The notes below the pieces were generated by a model, which did not search any database, had not been told where the DNA came from, and saw only the letters and a list, made by a program, of their open reading frames with translations. This document shows positions 13,689-29,545 of a stretch of DNA of 64,000 nt, piece after piece. The stretch lies in assembly GCF_000006765.1 (NCBI RefSeq), contig NC_002516.2; one strand, given 5' to 3'. The position numbers and the translations under genes were made by a program. This DNA is from Pseudomonas aeruginosa PAO1. GTDB taxonomy: Bacteria; Pseudomonadota; Gammaproteobacteria; Pseudomonadales; Pseudomonadaceae. The number at the start of each line of letters is the position of its first letter. The first letter of the stretch is position 1.

Positions 13689-13973
13689 TCACTCCGGCTC
13701 GTTGACCCGATCCCGCAACTCCTTGCCCGGCTTGAAGTGCGGCACGAACTTGCCGTCGAGGCGTACCGACTCCCCGGTCTTGGGGTTGCGACCGACGCGC
13801 GGGGCGCGGTAGTGCAAGGAAAAGCTGCCGAAGCCACGGATCTCGATCCGGTCCCCGGTCGCCAGGGCCTGGGACATTTGCTCCAGCATGGTCTTGATTG
13901 CCAACTCGACATCCTTCGCGGACAGTTGCCCCTGATGGGTAACGATCCGTTCGATCAACTCCGACTTGGTCAT
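13689..13973 (-). CDS. ihfB: Integration host factor beta
   Basis: [24 protein letters not shown]. Confidence 0.98.
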   Translation of the reverse strand: MTKSELIERIVTHQGQLSAKDVELAIKTMLEQMSQALATGDRIEIRGFGSFSLHYRAPRVGRNPKTGESVRLDGKFVPHFKPGKELRDRVNEPE

Positions 13974-14064
13974 GGTTTTCCCTTCTTTTTCAAGCGGCTA
14001 GATCAGCTCAGGTCTCTTTTAGCATGCTGATCAGTCTTTGAACAGGTCCAAGAAGGGGAAAACG

Positions 14065-14092
14065 AAAAAGGGCGGCCTAGGCCGCCCTTTTT
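14065..14092. terminator. Intrinsic terminator after rpsA (symmetric)
   Basis: Perfect palindrome AAAAAGGGCGGCCTAGGCCGCCCTTTTT. Confidence 0.85.
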
Positions 14093-14109
14093 CATGATGG
14101 ATCAGAGAC

Positions 14110-15789
14110 TTAGCCCTGATTCTCCATCTGAGCACGGATCAGATCACCGATGGTGGTCGGACCAGCGCTTTCTACTTCCTGCTTACGCAGTTCTTTCATT
14201 GCGTCCTTCTCGTCGTCGACGTCCTTGGACTTGACGGAGAGGCTGATGACGCGGCTCTTGCGGTCGATGCTGATGATCTTGGCTTCGACTTCCTCGCCTT
14301 CCTTCAGGACGTTGCGCGCGTCTTCGACGCGGTCACGGCTGATTTCGGAAGCCTTCAGGATACCTTCGATGTCGTCGCCCAGGCTGATGACAGCGCCCTT
14401 GGCGTCGACTTCCTTCACGGTACCGCGGACGATGCTGCCTTTCTCGTGCAGGGACGCGTAGTTGGAGAACGGATCGTCTTCCAGCTGCTTGATGCCCAGG
14501 GAGATGCGCTCGCGCTCCGGATCGACCGACAGGATGACGGTTTCCAGCTCGTCGCCCTTCTTGAAGCGACGTACGGCTTCTTCGCCGACTTCGTTCCAGG
14601 AGATGTCGGACAGGTGGACCAGGCCGTCGATGCCGCCGTCCAGACCGATGAAGATACCGAAGTCGGTGATCGACTTGATGGTACCGGAGATACGGTCACC
14701 CTTGTTGAACTGGCTGGAGAAGTCTTCCCACGGGTTGGATTTGCACTGCTTGATACCCAGGGAGATACGACGACGCTCTTCGTCGATGTCCAGAACCTGA
14801 ACTTCCACTTCATCGCCAACCTGGACGACTTTCGACGGATGGATGTTCTTGTTGGTCCAGTCCATTTCGGAGACGTGTACCAGGCCTTCCACGCCCTCTT
14901 CCAGCTCGGCGAAGCAGCCGTAGTCGGTGAGGTTGGTGACGCGGGCCATGACGCGGGTACCTTCCGGGTAACGCGCCTTGATGGCAACCCACGGGTCTTC
15001 GCCCAGTTGCTTCAGGCCCAGGGATACACGGTTGCGCTCGCGGTCGAACTTCAGGACCTTGACGTCGATCTCGTCGCCAACGTTGACGATCTCGGACGGA
15101 TGCTTGATGCGCTTCCAGGCCATGTCGGTGATGTGTAGCAGGCCGTCTACGCCGCCCAGGTCCACGAATGCGCCGTAGTCGGTGAGGTTCTTGACGATAC
15201 CTTTGACCTGCTGGCCTTCCTGCAGCGATTCCAGCAGAGCTTCACGCTCGGCGCTGTTCTCGGCTTCCAGGACGCTGCGGCGGGAAACGACAACGTTGTT
15301 GCGCTTCTGGTCGAGCTTGATGACCTTGAACTCGAGCTCTTTGCCTTCCAGGTGGGTGGTGTCGCGAACCGGACGAACGTCGACCAGAGAACCCGGCAGG
15401 AACGCGCGGATGCCGTTGACGTCGACGGTGAAACCGCCCTTGACCTTGCCGTTGATGACGCCCTTGACCACTTCGTCGGCAGCGAAAGCCGCTTCCAGAA
15501 CAATCCAGCTCTCGGCGCGCTTGGCTTTCTCGCGGGACAGCTTGGTCTCGCCAAAGCCGTCTTCTACCGCGTCCAGTGCGACGTGGACTTCGTCACCCAC
15601 CTTGATGGTCAGCTCGCCCTGTTCGTTGTAGAACTGCTCGACCGGGATGACGCCCTCGGATTTCAGACCGGCATGGACGGTGACCCAGTCACCATCGATG
15701 TCGACCACGATGCCGGTGATGATGGCACCCGGCTGCATGTCGAGGGATTTCAGACTTTCTTCAAAGAGTTCTGCGAAGCTTTCGCTCAT
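14110..15789 (-). CDS. rpsA: 30S ribosomal protein S1
   Basis: [13 protein letters not shown], repeated S1 domains; 559 aa from ATG 15789. Confidence 0.98.
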   Translation of the reverse strand: MSESFAELFEESLKSLDMQPGAIITGIVVDIDGDWVTVHAGLKSEGVIPVEQFYNEQGELTIKVGDEVHVALDAVEDGFGETKLSREKAKRAESWIVLEAAFAADEVVKGVINGKVKGGFTVDVNGIRAFLPGSLVDVRPVRDTTHLEGKELEFKVIKLDQKRNNVVVSRRSVLEAENSAEREALLESLQEGQQVKGIVKNLTDYGAFVDLGGVDGLLHITDMAWKRIKHPSEIVNVGDEIDVKVLKFDRERNRVSLGLKQLGEDPWVAIKARYPEGTRVMARVTNLTDYGCFAELEEGVEGLVHVSEMDWTNKNIHPSKVVQVGDEVEVQVLDIDEERRRISLGIKQCKSNPWEDFSSQFNKGDRISGTIKSITDFGIFIGLDGGIDGLVHLSDISWNEVGEEAVRRFKKGDELETVILSVDPERERISLGIKQLEDDPFSNYASLHEKGSIVRGTVKEVDAKGAVISLGDDIEGILKASEISRDRVEDARNVLKEGEEVEAKIISIDRKSRVISLSVKSKDVDDEKDAMKELRKQEVESAGPTTIGDLIRAQMENQG

Positions 15790-16056
15790 GTTCATACCTG
15801 TAGTCAAAGGCCCGGAAGGGCCCGATTCCGCATCACCAGCCAATGCGGTCAAGTCATTAAATGAAGCCGCAGGACAATTTGCTGGTTTCCTGCTAGCTTC
15901 TGATTGCACTCCCGAATGGGAATGCCCAGTTGGGTTGTTCTGCGATGGCGCCAGGCAAGTCGGGAGGCAACCCTCGCCACACCTGCAAAACGCCACAACA
16001 TAAGGTCTGGAATATTAGCAACCAGGCCCTATATCGTCAATTCCCGCGCCGAAACC

Positions 16057-16746
16057 TCAGACGTCCCAGCCCTGCCGCTCGCAGTGCCGGATGATCGTCT
16101 CGACCACCGCCTCGATGCTCATTTCGGTGGAGTCCAGCAGGATCGCGTCATCGGCCGGTTTCAGCGGCGCGACCGCGCGCTGGCTGTCGCGCTCGTCGCG
16201 CTCGCGGATTTCTTCCAGCAAGGCAGACTGGTCGACATCCGCGCCCTTCGCCTTCAACTGCAGGTAGCGTCGACGCGCACGCTCCTCCGCCGAGGCGGTG
16301 AGGAAGATCTTCAGAGGCGCATCGGGAAATACCACGGTGCCCATGTCGCGGCCGTCGGCCACCAGTCCCGGAGCCTCGCGAAACGCCCGCTGGCGCTGCA
16401 GCAGCGCATCACGCACGGCCGGCAGCGCCGCGACCTGGGAAGCGCCGGCACCGACCTGCTCGGTACGGATCACATCGGTCACTTCCTCGCCTTCGAGAAT
16501 GATGCGCTGCCCATGGCTGCCATCGGCGGCGACGAACTGCACATCGAGGTGCGCAGCCAGGACCTTCAGCGCCTCTTCATTGGTCAGGTCGACACCATGG
16601 TTGACCGCGGCGAACGCCAACAGCCGATAAAGCGCCCCGGAATCCAGCAGGTTCCAGCCCAGGCGCCGGGCGAGCAGCCCGGCGACCGTGCCCTTGCCGG
16701 CGCCACTGGGGCCATCGATGGCGAGCATCGGTACAGCGCCGTTCAT
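16057..16746 (-). CDS. cmk: Cytidylate kinase
   Basis: [13 protein letters not shown]-loop, DGRDMGT; 229 aa. Confidence 0.97.
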   Translation of the reverse strand: MNGAVPMLAIDGPSGAGKGTVAGLLARRLGWNLLDSGALYRLLAFAAVNHGVDLTNEEALKVLAAHLDVQFVAADGSHGQRIILEGEEVTDVIRTEQVGAGASQVAALPAVRDALLQRQRAFREAPGLVADGRDMGTVVFPDAPLKIFLTASAEERARRRYLQLKAKGADVDQSALLEEIRERDERDSQRAVAPLKPADDAILLDSTEMSIEAVVETIIRHCERQGWDV

Positions 16747-18986
16747 CAATTGTTCTCCACGGCGACCCGGATACCGGTCTGGGCACACAGGGCGAGGAAG
16801 TTGGGGAAGGAGGTGGCGACGTTGGCGCAGTCGTGGATGCGGATCGGCCCGCTGGCACGCAGCGAAGCGACGCTGAAGGACATGGCGATACGGTGGTCGC
16901 CGTGCGCCCAGACTTCGCCGCCACCGAACGCACCACCCTCGATGACGATGCCATCCGGGGTCGGCTCGGCCTTCACGCCCAGGGCCTTCAGGCCGTCGGC
17001 CATGACCTGGATACGGTCCGACTCCTTGACCCGCAGCTCTTCGGCGCCACGCAGGACCGTGCGCCCCTCGGCGCAGGCGGCAGCCACGAAGAGTACCGGG
17101 AACTCGTCGATGGCCAGTGGCACCAGGTCCTCGGGAATGTCGATGCCCTTGAGCCGCGCGGAGCGCACGCGGATGTCGGCGACCGGCTCGCCGCCGACCT
17201 CGCGCTGGTTTTCCAGGCTCAGGTCACCACCCATCAGGCGCAGGATCTCGATGACGCCGACGCGCGTCGGGTTGATGCCGACGTGCTGCAGGACCAGTTC
17301 CGAACCCTCGGCGATACTGGCGGCAACCAGGAAGAAGGCTGCCGAGGAAATGTCGGCCGGGACCTCGATATGGGTGGCGCTCAACTTGTGCCCGGATTCG
17401 ACCTTGGCGGTGCTGCCCTCGACCACCACCGGATAGCCGAAGCCGCGCAGCATGCGCTCGGTGTGGTCGCGGGTCGGCGCCGGCTCGGTGACCGAGGTCT
17501 CACCCGCGGCGTAGAGCCCGGCGAGCAACAGGCAGGACTTCACCTGGGCGCTGGCCATCGGCATGTCGTAATGCATACCGGTGAGGCGCTGGCCGCCGCG
17601 AATGGTCATCGGCGGACGGCCTTCCGGCCCCGTCTCGATTACCGCGCCCATCTCGCGCAGCGGCTTGGCTACGCGATTCATCGGCCGCTTGGAAAGGGAA
17701 GCGTCGCCGGTCAGGGTGCTGTCGAACGGCTGGGCCGCCAGCAGACCGCTGAGCAGACGCATGGAAGTACCGGAGTTACCCAGGTAGATCGGCCCAGGCG
17801 GCGCCTTGAGGCCGTGCAGGCCAACGCCATGGACGGTGACGCGGCCGTTCTGCGGCCCCTCGATCACCACTCCCATGTCGCGGAACGCCTGGATGGTTGC
17901 CAGTGCGTCCTCGCCCTCGAGGAAGCCCTCCACTTCGGTGGTGCCTTCGGCCAGGGAGCCGAGCATGATCGAGCGATGGGAAATCGACTTGTCGCCCGGT
18001 ACCCGGATGGTTCCGGACAGGCTGCCGCCCGGCTGGGCCAGATAAATCAGGTCGTTGTTGTGCATGGCGTCCACATAGGCCCGACGGGCCAGGATTTTGC
18101 TGAAATGCTCACGGGCTACCCGGGCGCGCGTGAAAACGCCCAACAACTGGTGCCCGTCCCCAGTGTCGACGGCCTCGCGCAGCGCGTCGAGGTCGTCACG
18201 AAAAACATCCAGTGTACGCAGCACCGCCTCGCGATTGGCGAGAAAGATGTCGTGCCACATCACCGGGTCGCTGCCGGCGATCCGCGTGAAATCACGGAAA
18301 CCGCCGGCGGCATAGCGGAAGATCTCCAGGTTCTCGCTGCGCTTGGCCAGGGAGTCGACCAGGGTGAAGGCCAGCAGGTGAGGCAGGTGGCTGGTGGCCG
18401 CCAGAACCTCGTCGTGATGCTCGACCTCCATGTGCTCGACGTCCGCGCCCAGCGCGCGCCACAGGCTGTCGACCAGCGCCAGCGCGTCGGCATCGGTCTC
18501 CGCGGAGGGCGTGAGAATCACCTTGTGCCGGCGGAACAGGGTCGCCTTCGCCGCGGTCACTCCGCTCTGCTCGGAACCCGCGATCGGATGCCCCGGTACC
18601 AGGTACCGCGGCATCCCGCCGAACGCGACACGCGCGGCACGCACGATATTGCCCTTGGCGCTGCCAACGTCGGTCAATACAGCCTTGCCCAGGTCGAGCT
18701 TCGCCAGGTCAGCCAGCACCCGCTCCATCGCCAGGATCGGCACCGCCAACTGGACCACGTCGGCGCCGACGCAGGCGCGGCCAAGATCCTCCTCGCAACG
18801 GTCGACCACGCCGAGCTCCACCGCCAGGCGGCAAGACTCGGCATCCCGATCCACGCCGACCACTTCCCGGAACAACCCTTTGCTCCGCAACCCCTTGGCG
18901 AAGGAGCCGCCGATCAGGCCCAGCCCCACCACCACCAGGCGGCCCAGCTTAGGGGTCGACTGTTGCAGCGGCGTGACCTCAGTCAT
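16746..18986 (-). CDS. aroA: Bifunctional prephenate/cyclohexadienyl dehydrogenase + EPSP synthase
   Basis: N-terminal [19 protein letters not shown] (TyrA); C-terminal [21 protein letters not shown] (AroA); single 746 aa frame. Confidence 0.95.
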   Translation of the reverse strand: MTEVTPLQQSTPKLGRLVVVGLGLIGGSFAKGLRSKGLFREVVGVDRDAESCRLAVELGVVDRCEEDLGRACVGADVVQLAVPILAMERVLADLAKLDLGKAVLTDVGSAKGNIVRAARVAFGGMPRYLVPGHPIAGSEQSGVTAAKATLFRRHKVILTPSAETDADALALVDSLWRALGADVEHMEVEHHDEVLAATSHLPHLLAFTLVDSLAKRSENLEIFRYAAGGFRDFTRIAGSDPVMWHDIFLANREAVLRTLDVFRDDLDALREAVDTGDGHQLLGVFTRARVAREHFSKILARRAYVDAMHNNDLIYLAQPGGSLSGTIRVPGDKSISHRSIMLGSLAEGTTEVEGFLEGEDALATIQAFRDMGVVIEGPQNGRVTVHGVGLHGLKAPPGPIYLGNSGTSMRLLSGLLAAQPFDSTLTGDASLSKRPMNRVAKPLREMGAVIETGPEGRPPMTIRGGQRLTGMHYDMPMASAQVKSCLLLAGLYAAGETSVTEPAPTRDHTERMLRGFGYPVVVEGSTAKVESGHKLSATHIEVPADISSAAFFLVAASIAEGSELVLQHVGINPTRVGVIEILRLMGGDLSLENQREVGGEPVADIRVRSARLKGIDIPEDLVPLAIDEFPVLFVAAACAEGRTVLRGAEELRVKESDRIQVMADGLKALGVKAEPTPDGIVIEGGAFGGGEVWAHGDHRIAMSFSVASLRASGPIRIHDCANVATSFPNFLALCAQTGIRVAVENN

Positions 18987-20088
18987 GCGCCAGCACCTTG
19001 CCCAGCGCCTGGAGGAAACGATCGTTCTCTTCCGGTAGCCCGATGGAGACGCGCAGGAAGGTCGGCATCCCGTAGCCAGCCACCGGACGCACGATCACAC
19101 CTTCGCGCAGCAGCGCCTGGTAGACCGGACCGGCATCGCGAGCCAGATCCACGGCGATGAAGTTGCCCTTCGAGGGAATCCAGGACAGGCCCAACGCGTG
19201 GAAGCCATCCTCCAGCTGCGCCATGCCGGAATCGTTTAGGCGGCGACTCTGCGCCAGGTAGTCATGGTCGTCCAGCGCCGCGCAGGCAGCCGCCAGTGCC
19301 AGGCTATTGACATTGAACGGCTGGCGCACGCGGTTGAGCACATCGGCCACCGCCTTGCTCGAAAGCGCGTAGCCGACCCGCAGCGAAGCCAGGCCATAGG
19401 CCTTGGAGAAGGTCCGCGAGACCAGCAGGTTGGGGTGCCGCGCCAGGTAGTCCAGGCCATCGGGCAGCTCATCTCCCTCGGCGTATTCGATATAGGCCTC
19501 GTCCAGCACCACCAGCACCTCCGCCGGCACCTGGGCGAGGAACCGCTCCAGGGCGTCCGCACCGAACCAGGTCCCGGTCGGGTTGTTCGGGTTGGCGACG
19601 AACACCACGCGAGTTTGCCCATCGATGGCGGCGAGCATCGCTTCCAGGTCATGCCCCCAGGCGCGCGCCTTGACCGCCCGCCCCTCGGCGCCCACGGCCT
19701 GGGTGGCGATCGGGTAGACGGCGAAGGCATGTTCGCTGAACACGGCGTTCAGACCAGGCGCGAGGTAGGCACGGGCGACCAGGTCGAGAATGTCGTTGGA
19801 GCCGTTGCCCAGGGTCACCTGCGCCGCATCCACCGCGCAACGCTCGGCCAGCTTGCGCTTGAGTTCGAAACCGTTGCCGTCAGGATAACGGGTCAGTTCC
19901 GCCAGTTCGGCGCGGATAGCCTCCAGCGCCTTTGGGCTCGCACCCAGCGGGTTCTCGTTGCTGGCGAGCTTGACGATCGCCGCAGGGTCGATGCCCAGCT
20001 CGCGGGCCAGTTCGTCCACCGGCTTGCCAGGGACGTAGGGCGACAACTTTTGCACCCCCGGCTGGGCCAGGGCAAGGAAATCGGACAT
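18979..20088 (-). CDS. hisC2: Histidinol-phosphate/aromatic aminotransferase
   Basis: KLASNENP, NPNNPTG, RTFSKAYGLASLRVG; 369 aa. Confidence 0.95.
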   Translation of the reverse strand: MSDFLALAQPGVQKLSPYVPGKPVDELARELGIDPAAIVKLASNENPLGASPKALEAIRAELAELTRYPDGNGFELKRKLAERCAVDAAQVTLGNGSNDILDLVARAYLAPGLNAVFSEHAFAVYPIATQAVGAEGRAVKARAWGHDLEAMLAAIDGQTRVVFVANPNNPTGTWFGADALERFLAQVPAEVLVVLDEAYIEYAEGDELPDGLDYLARHPNLLVSRTFSKAYGLASLRVGYALSSKAVADVLNRVRQPFNVNSLALAAACAALDDHDYLAQSRRLNDSGMAQLEDGFHALGLSWIPSKGNFIAVDLARDAGPVYQALLREGVIVRPVAGYGMPTFLRVSIGLPEENDRFLQALGKVLAHD

Positions 20089-20156
20089 GGATAGTTCAGC
20101 CTCGACGCGGGACGGGGCATTCATCGATGACCCGTCTCTTCGGAATGACAGCGCGC

Positions 20157-21254
20157 TCAGAGCACCGCTTTCGGATAGGAGCCCAGGACCTTCAGGGCGA
20201 CGGCTTCCTGGCCGATCTTCTCCAGGACGTCCTTGATCAGCGGTTCTTTATGGTGGCCGACGAAATCGATGAAGAACACGTAGGTCCATTTGCCGCTGCG
20301 CGACGGGCGGGTTTCGATGCGGGTCAGGTCGATACCATTGTTGTGGAACGGTACCAGCAGCTCGTGCAGGGCCCCCGGCTTGTTGCGCATGGAAACGATG
20401 ATCGAGGTCTTGTCGTCGCCGGTCGGCGGCACCTCCTGGTTGCCGATGATCAGGAAGCGCGTGGAGTTGTCCGGGCGGTCCTCGATCTTCTCGTGCAGCT
20501 TGCTCAGGTCGTACAGGCTGGCCGCCATGTCGCCGGCGATCGCCGCCGAATTCCACTCGCTCTTCACCCGCTTGGCCGCGTCGGCGTTGCTCGACACCGC
20601 CACCCGCTCGACGCTCGGGTAGTGCGAGTCCAGCCACTTGCGACATTGCGCGAGGGATTGGGCATGGGAATAGATCCGGGTGATGTTGTCGGTCTTGGTG
20701 GTTTCGCCGACCAGCAGGTGATGGTGGATACGCAATTCGACTTCGCCGCAGATCACCATGTCGTGCTCGAGGAAGCTGTCGAGGGTATGGTTGACCGCCC
20801 CCTCGGTGGAGTTTTCCACAGGCACCACGCCGAAGTTCACCGCGCCGGCGGCGACCTCGCGGAACACCTCGTCGATCGCCGCCATCGGCGTGCTGATCAC
20901 CGCGTTGCCGAAATGCTTGAGTGCCGCGGCCTGGGTAAAGGTGCCCTCGGGTCCGAGATAGGCCACTTTCAGCGGCTGCTCGAGCGCCAGGCAGGACGAC
21001 ATGATCTCGCGGAACAGCCGCGCGACCTCTTCGTTGTCCAGCGGCCCCTTGTTCAATTGCATGATGTGCTTGAGCACCCAGGCTTCGCGCTCGGGACGGT
21101 AGAACACCGGCGCCTCGCCCTCGCCCAGGGTCTGGGTCTTGACTCGCGCCACGTCCTGGGCGCAACGGGCACGCTCGCTGATCAGCTCGAGCAACTTCTC
21201 GTCGAGGCTGTCGATGCGCAGGCGCAAGGCCTTGAGCTGGTCCTGGTCCGCCAT
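20157..21254 (-). CDS. pheA: Chorismate mutase/prephenate dehydratase
   Basis: LRLRIDSLD CM domain, YLGPEGTF, TRF, ESRP-like ACT domain; 365 aa. Confidence 0.97.
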   Translation of the reverse strand: MADQDQLKALRLRIDSLDEKLLELISERARCAQDVARVKTQTLGEGEAPVFYRPEREAWVLKHIMQLNKGPLDNEEVARLFREIMSSCLALEQPLKVAYLGPEGTFTQAAALKHFGNAVISTPMAAIDEVFREVAAGAVNFGVVPVENSTEGAVNHTLDSFLEHDMVICGEVELRIHHHLLVGETTKTDNITRIYSHAQSLAQCRKWLDSHYPSVERVAVSSNADAAKRVKSEWNSAAIAGDMAASLYDLSKLHEKIEDRPDNSTRFLIIGNQEVPPTGDDKTSIIVSMRNKPGALHELLVPFHNNGIDLTRIETRPSRSGKWTYVFFIDFVGHHKEPLIKDVLEKIGQEAVALKVLGSYPKAVL

Positions 21255-22339
21255 CAGCCGTGCTCCTTCTCGAACTCCGCCATGTATGCGACCAGCGCCT
21301 CGACCGCGTCCAGGCCAAGGGCGTTGTAGATGGAAGCGCGCATGCCGCCGACCGAGCGGTGGCCTTTCAGGTTGAGCAGCCCGCGCGCCTCGGCGCCTTC
21401 CAGGAACGGCTTGTCGAGACGCTCGTCGGCCAGGCGGAACGGCACGTTCATCCAGGAGCGGGCGCTCGGCTGGATCGGGTTGGTGTAGAAGTCGCTGGCA
21501 TCGATGGTCTTGTACAGCAGGTCCTTCTTGGCGCGGTTGCGCTGCTCCATCGCGGTCACCCCGCCCTGCTCCTTCAGCCATTCGAAGACCAGGCCGGACA
21601 GGTACCAGGAGTAAGTCGCCGGGGTGTTGTACATGGAACCGTTGTCCGCGGCGGTCTTGTAGTTGAGCATGGTCGGACAGACGCTGCGGGCGCGGCCGAG
21701 CAGGTCTTCGCGAACGATCACCACCACCAGGCCGGACGGGCCGATGTTCTTCTGCGCCCCGGCATAGATCAGGCCGAAGCGGGACACGTCGAGCGGGCGC
21801 GAGAGGATGTCGGAGGACATGTCGGTGACCAGCGGCACGTCGCCGGTCTCGGGAATCCAGTCGAACTCGAGGCCGCCGATGGTCTCGTTGGAGGCGTAGT
21901 GCACATAGGCCGCGTCCTTGGTCAGCGTCCACTCGTTCTGACCCGGAATGGCGAAGTAGTCGTACTCCTTGGCGCTGGCCGCGACATTCACGGTGCCATA
22001 GCGACGAGCCTCCTCGATGGCCTTCTTCGACCAGATACCGGTATCGATATAGTCGGCGACGCCATCTTCGGGCAGCAGGTTCAGCGGAATCTCGGCGAAC
22101 TGCTGGCTGGCGCCGCCCTGCAGGAACAGCACCTTGTAGTCCGAGGGAATGTCGAGCAGGTCGCGCAGGTCCTGCTCGGCCTTGCTGGCGATGGCCACGT
22201 AGTCATCACTACGGTGGCTCATTTCCATGACCGAAAGGCCCTTGCCCCGCCAGTCGAGAAGCTCGGCCTGGGCACGTTGCAGAACTGCGTCGGGAAGCGC
22301 CGCGGGACCGGCGCAGAAATTGAAGGCTCGCTTGCTCAC
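21254..22339 (-). CDS. serC: Phosphoserine aminotransferase
   Basis: GTG start; FNFCAGPA, MEMSHRS, AGAQKNIG. Confidence 0.97.
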   Translation of the reverse strand: MSKRAFNFCAGPAALPDAVLQRAQAELLDWRGKGLSVMEMSHRSDDYVAIASKAEQDLRDLLDIPSDYKVLFLQGGASQQFAEIPLNLLPEDGVADYIDTGIWSKKAIEEARRYGTVNVAASAKEYDYFAIPGQNEWTLTKDAAYVHYASNETIGGLEFDWIPETGDVPLVTDMSSDILSRPLDVSRFGLIYAGAQKNIGPSGLVVVIVREDLLGRARSVCPTMLNYKTAADNGSMYNTPATYSWYLSGLVFEWLKEQGGVTAMEQRNRAKKDLLYKTIDASDFYTNPIQPSARSWMNVPFRLADERLDKPFLEGAEARGLLNLKGHRSVGGMRASIYNALGLDAVEALVAYMAEFEKEHG

Positions 22340-22426
22340 ATCCACTCTCGCTATAGGTAGGGCGGATAGCCGTGAGTTATCCGCCGAGGTCATCGGCCGG
22401 GCGGGCGCAGGCGCCCGCCCCGAGCC

Positions 22427-25198
<2,772 letters not shown>

Positions 25199-25296
25199 GA
25201 GAAGCCTGGTTCCTTTTTCTGGTGGAACTTCGCCGCCTCGATCCTGAGGCAAACGAAGTAGGTCGGCGCATGCCCGAGCAGCGCCAACTCACTACA

Positions 25297-25309
25297 AATC
25301 AACGACTTG
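25297..25309 (+). promoter_or_regulatory. IHF consensus site upstream of gyrA
   Basis: AATCAACGACTTG matches WATCAANNNNTTR exactly, about 100 bp upstream of gyrA. Confidence 0.45.
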
Positions 25310-25434
25310 AGTCAAGGATTCGCGCACTCTCGAGGCCCCTCCGCGGGGCGCTCGAATAACCGTCGGAGCTTACCACAGCCCACGCCCCAGCCCAAGGCAA
25401 AGGCCCTGGCGGGGACGACCTCCAGTCGCCTCGT

Positions 25435-26511
25435 TCAATGCAGGCGCTTGCGGCTCATCAGGGCGGCCATGCGCTCGGCGTCGGGACGCTCGACGACGCC
25501 ACGCTCGGTCACGATGGCATCGATAAGGTCCGCCGGGGTCACGTCGAATACCGGATTATAGGCATCGACCTCGGCCGCCACCCGTCGCCCGCCGATTTCC
25601 AGCAGTTCGCGACCGTCGCGCTCTTCGATCGGGATGTCCTCGCCGCTCTCCAGGTTCATGTCGATGGTCGAACTCGGCGCCACCACCATGAAGCGCACGC
25701 CGTGGTGCATGGCGTTGACCGCCAGCTGGTAGGTGCCGATCTTGTTGGCGACATCGCCATTGGCGGTGATGCGGTCGGCGCCGACGATGACCCAGGTGAT
25801 GTTTTCGGTCTTCATCAGGTGCGCGGCGGCCGAATCCACGTTCAGGCTGACCGGGATGCCTTCGTTGGCCAGCTCCCAGGCGGTCAGTCGCGAGCCCTGG
25901 AGCCAGGGCCGGGTTTCGTCGGCGTAGATGCGATTGACCAGGCCTTCCAGGTGCGCGGCGCGGATCACCCCCAGCGCGGTGCCGAACCCGCCGGTCGCCA
26001 GGGCGCCGGTATTGCAGTGGGTGAGGATGTTCTGCGGGCTGCCCTGCTGCTTGCGGATCAGCTCCATGCCCAACTGGGCCATGGTCAGGTTGGCCTCGCG
26101 GTCGCTTTCATGGATGGAGATCGCCTCGGCTTCCAGCACCGCCAGCGGCTGGTCGCCCTCTTTCATTCGCTCCAGACGGTCGCGCATGCGGTTCAGCGCC
26201 CAGAACAGGTTGACCGCCGTGGGTCGCGAGTCGGCCAGCAGGCGGAAGTCCTCCTCCAGCGCGGCGCGCCAGTCGCCGCCCTGCGCCAGGCGCGCGCGGG
26301 CGCCAAGGACGATGCCGTAGGCGGCGCTGATGCCGATGGCCGGCGCGCCGCGCACGACCATATCGCGAATGGCCTTGGCCACCTCGGCCGCCGACTCGTG
26401 TTCGAGCCAGACCTCCTCCTGGGGCAGCAGGCGCTGATCCAGCAACCGCAGCGTACCGTCCCGCCACTCGATCGCCTTGACCCGCTCGGCCGCCAGCAGT
26501 CGCTCTCGCAT
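25435..26511 (-). CDS. mtnA: Methylthioribose-1-phosphate isomerase
   Basis: [34 protein letters not shown]; 358 aa. Confidence 0.96.
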
Positions 26512-26554
26512 GCACACACCTCTCGCTGAATCACGGAAAAGCTGCGGATTATAA

Positions 26555-27955
<1,401 letters not shown>

Positions 27956-28105
27956 ACCGCGGCGGGCCGCCCCGCTGCGACAAACTGACATAGGAAGGCG
28001 AACCGCCGCCGGCCCCATCCCTCCGCCAAAGCTGGCAACATGAAGGATTGGATTCCGCCGCCGCGGCCCTTCCCCCAAAGGCTTCACTCTTCAACGGGAA
28101 CGATT

Positions 28106-28804
28106 ATGAGCAACGTCGACCACGCCGAGATCGCCAAATTCGAGGCACTGGCCCATCGCTGGTGGGACCGCGAGAGCGAGTTCAAGCCGCTCCACGACAT
28201 CAACCCGCTGCGCGTCAACTGGATCGACGAGCGCGCCGGCCTGGCCGGCAAGAAGGTGCTCGACATCGGTTGCGGCGGCGGCATCCTCAGCGAAGCCATG
28301 GCCCAGCGCGGCGCCAGCGTCACCGGCATCGACATGGGCGAAGCGCCGCTCGCGGTGGCGCGCCTGCACCAGCTGGAATCCGGCGTCGCCGTCGACTACC
28401 GGCAGATCACCGCCGAGCAGATGGCCGAGGAAATGCCCGGGCAATTCGACGTGGTCACCTGCCTGGAGATGCTCGAACACGTGCCGGACCCGGCCTCGGT
28501 GATCCGCGCCTGCCACCGCCTGGTCAAGCCGGGCGGACAGGTATTCCTCTCGACCATCAACCGCAATCCCAAGGCCTACCTGTTCGCGGTGATCGGCGCG
28601 GAATACATCCTCCAGTTGCTGCCGCGCGGGACCCACGATTTCCGCAAGTTCATTCGTCCGTCGGAACTCGGCGCCTGGTCGCGCGAGGCCGGTCTCGAGG
28701 TCAAGGACATCATCGGCCTGACCTACAACCCGCTGACCAAGCACTACAAGCTGGCCAACGACGTCGACGTCAACTACATGGTCCAGACCAAGCGGGAGGC
28801 GTGA
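28106..28804 (+). CDS. ubiG: Ubiquinone biosynthesis O-methyltransferase
   Basis: [27 protein letters not shown]; 232 aa. Confidence 0.97.
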   Translation: MSNVDHAEIAKFEALAHRWWDRESEFKPLHDINPLRVNWIDERAGLAGKKVLDIGCGGGILSEAMAQRGASVTGIDMGEAPLAVARLHQLESGVAVDYRQITAEQMAEEMPGQFDVVTCLEMLEHVPDPASVIRACHRLVKPGGQVFLSTINRNPKAYLFAVIGAEYILQLLPRGTHDFRKFIRPSELGAWSREAGLEVKDIIGLTYNPLTKHYKLANDVDVNYMVQTKREA

Positions 28805-29481
28805 AGCGCATGCGGCTCAAAGCGGTACTGTTCGACATGGATGGCACCCTGCTCGACACGGCGCCGGACTTCATCGCCATCACCCAGGCCATGCGTGCCG
28901 CCCACGGCCTGCCGCCGGTGGACGAGCAACGGGTGCGCGACGTGGTCTCCGGCGGCGCGCGCGCGATGGTTGCCGCGGCCTTCGGCCTGTCGCTGGACAG
29001 CCCGGAAGTGGAACCCCTGCGCCAGGAGTTCCTCGACCGCTACCAGGAGCATTGCGCGGTTCTCAGCCGGCCCTACGACGGCATCCCCGAACTGCTCGCG
29101 GCGATCGAGAAAGCCGGGTTGATCTGGGGCGTGGTGACCAACAAGCCGGTGCGCTTCGCCGAACCGATCATGCAGCGCCTGGGCTACGCCGAGCGTTCCA
29201 GGGTGCTGGTCTGTCCGGACCACGTGACCCGCAGCAAGCCCGATCCCGAGCCGCTGCTACTGGCCTGTAGCCAGCTCGGCATCGATCCGTCGAGGGTGCT
29301 GTTCATCGGCGACGACCTGCGCGACATCGAATCCGGCCGCGACGCCGGGACCAAGACCGCGGCGGTGCGCTACGGCTACATCCACCCCGAAGACAACCCC
29401 GCGCACTGGGGCGCCGACGTGATCGTCGACCACCCGCGCGAACTCATCGACGTTCTCGACCGCGCGCTCTGCGACTGCTGA
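28801..29481 (+). CDS. mupP: HAD phosphatase (MurNAc-6-P phosphatase)
   Basis: FDMDGTL, SKPDPEP, IGDDLRD; follows ubiG; name from the established Pseudomonas ubiG-mupP context. Confidence 0.8.
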   Translation: MKRMRLKAVLFDMDGTLLDTAPDFIAITQAMRAAHGLPPVDEQRVRDVVSGGARAMVAAAFGLSLDSPEVEPLRQEFLDRYQEHCAVLSRPYDGIPELLAAIEKAGLIWGVVTNKPVRFAEPIMQRLGYAERSRVLVCPDHVTRSKPDPEPLLLACSQLGIDPSRVLFIGDDLRDIESGRDAGTKTAAVRYGYIHPEDNPAHWGADVIVDHPRELIDVLDRALCDC

Positions 29482-29545
29482 TCCGCAGCGCCGCCGACAG
29501 ACAACGACCCGCCGCCAGGCGGGTCATGCATTCAAAGGATTCGAC

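Noticed and set aside
14110-15996. N-terminal extensions in the ORF track (rpsA, wbpA, wbpB, pheA, mtnA, glk and others)
   Set aside because: Artefacts of first-start calling; homology and SD positions support the downstream starts reported.
16833-19160. 775-aa plus-strand ORF (also 23435-25261, 38012-39763, 51390-53348, 30223-32262 and similar)
   Set aside because: Antisense shadows of real high-GC genes; stop codons are rare because of GC3 bias; no motifs.
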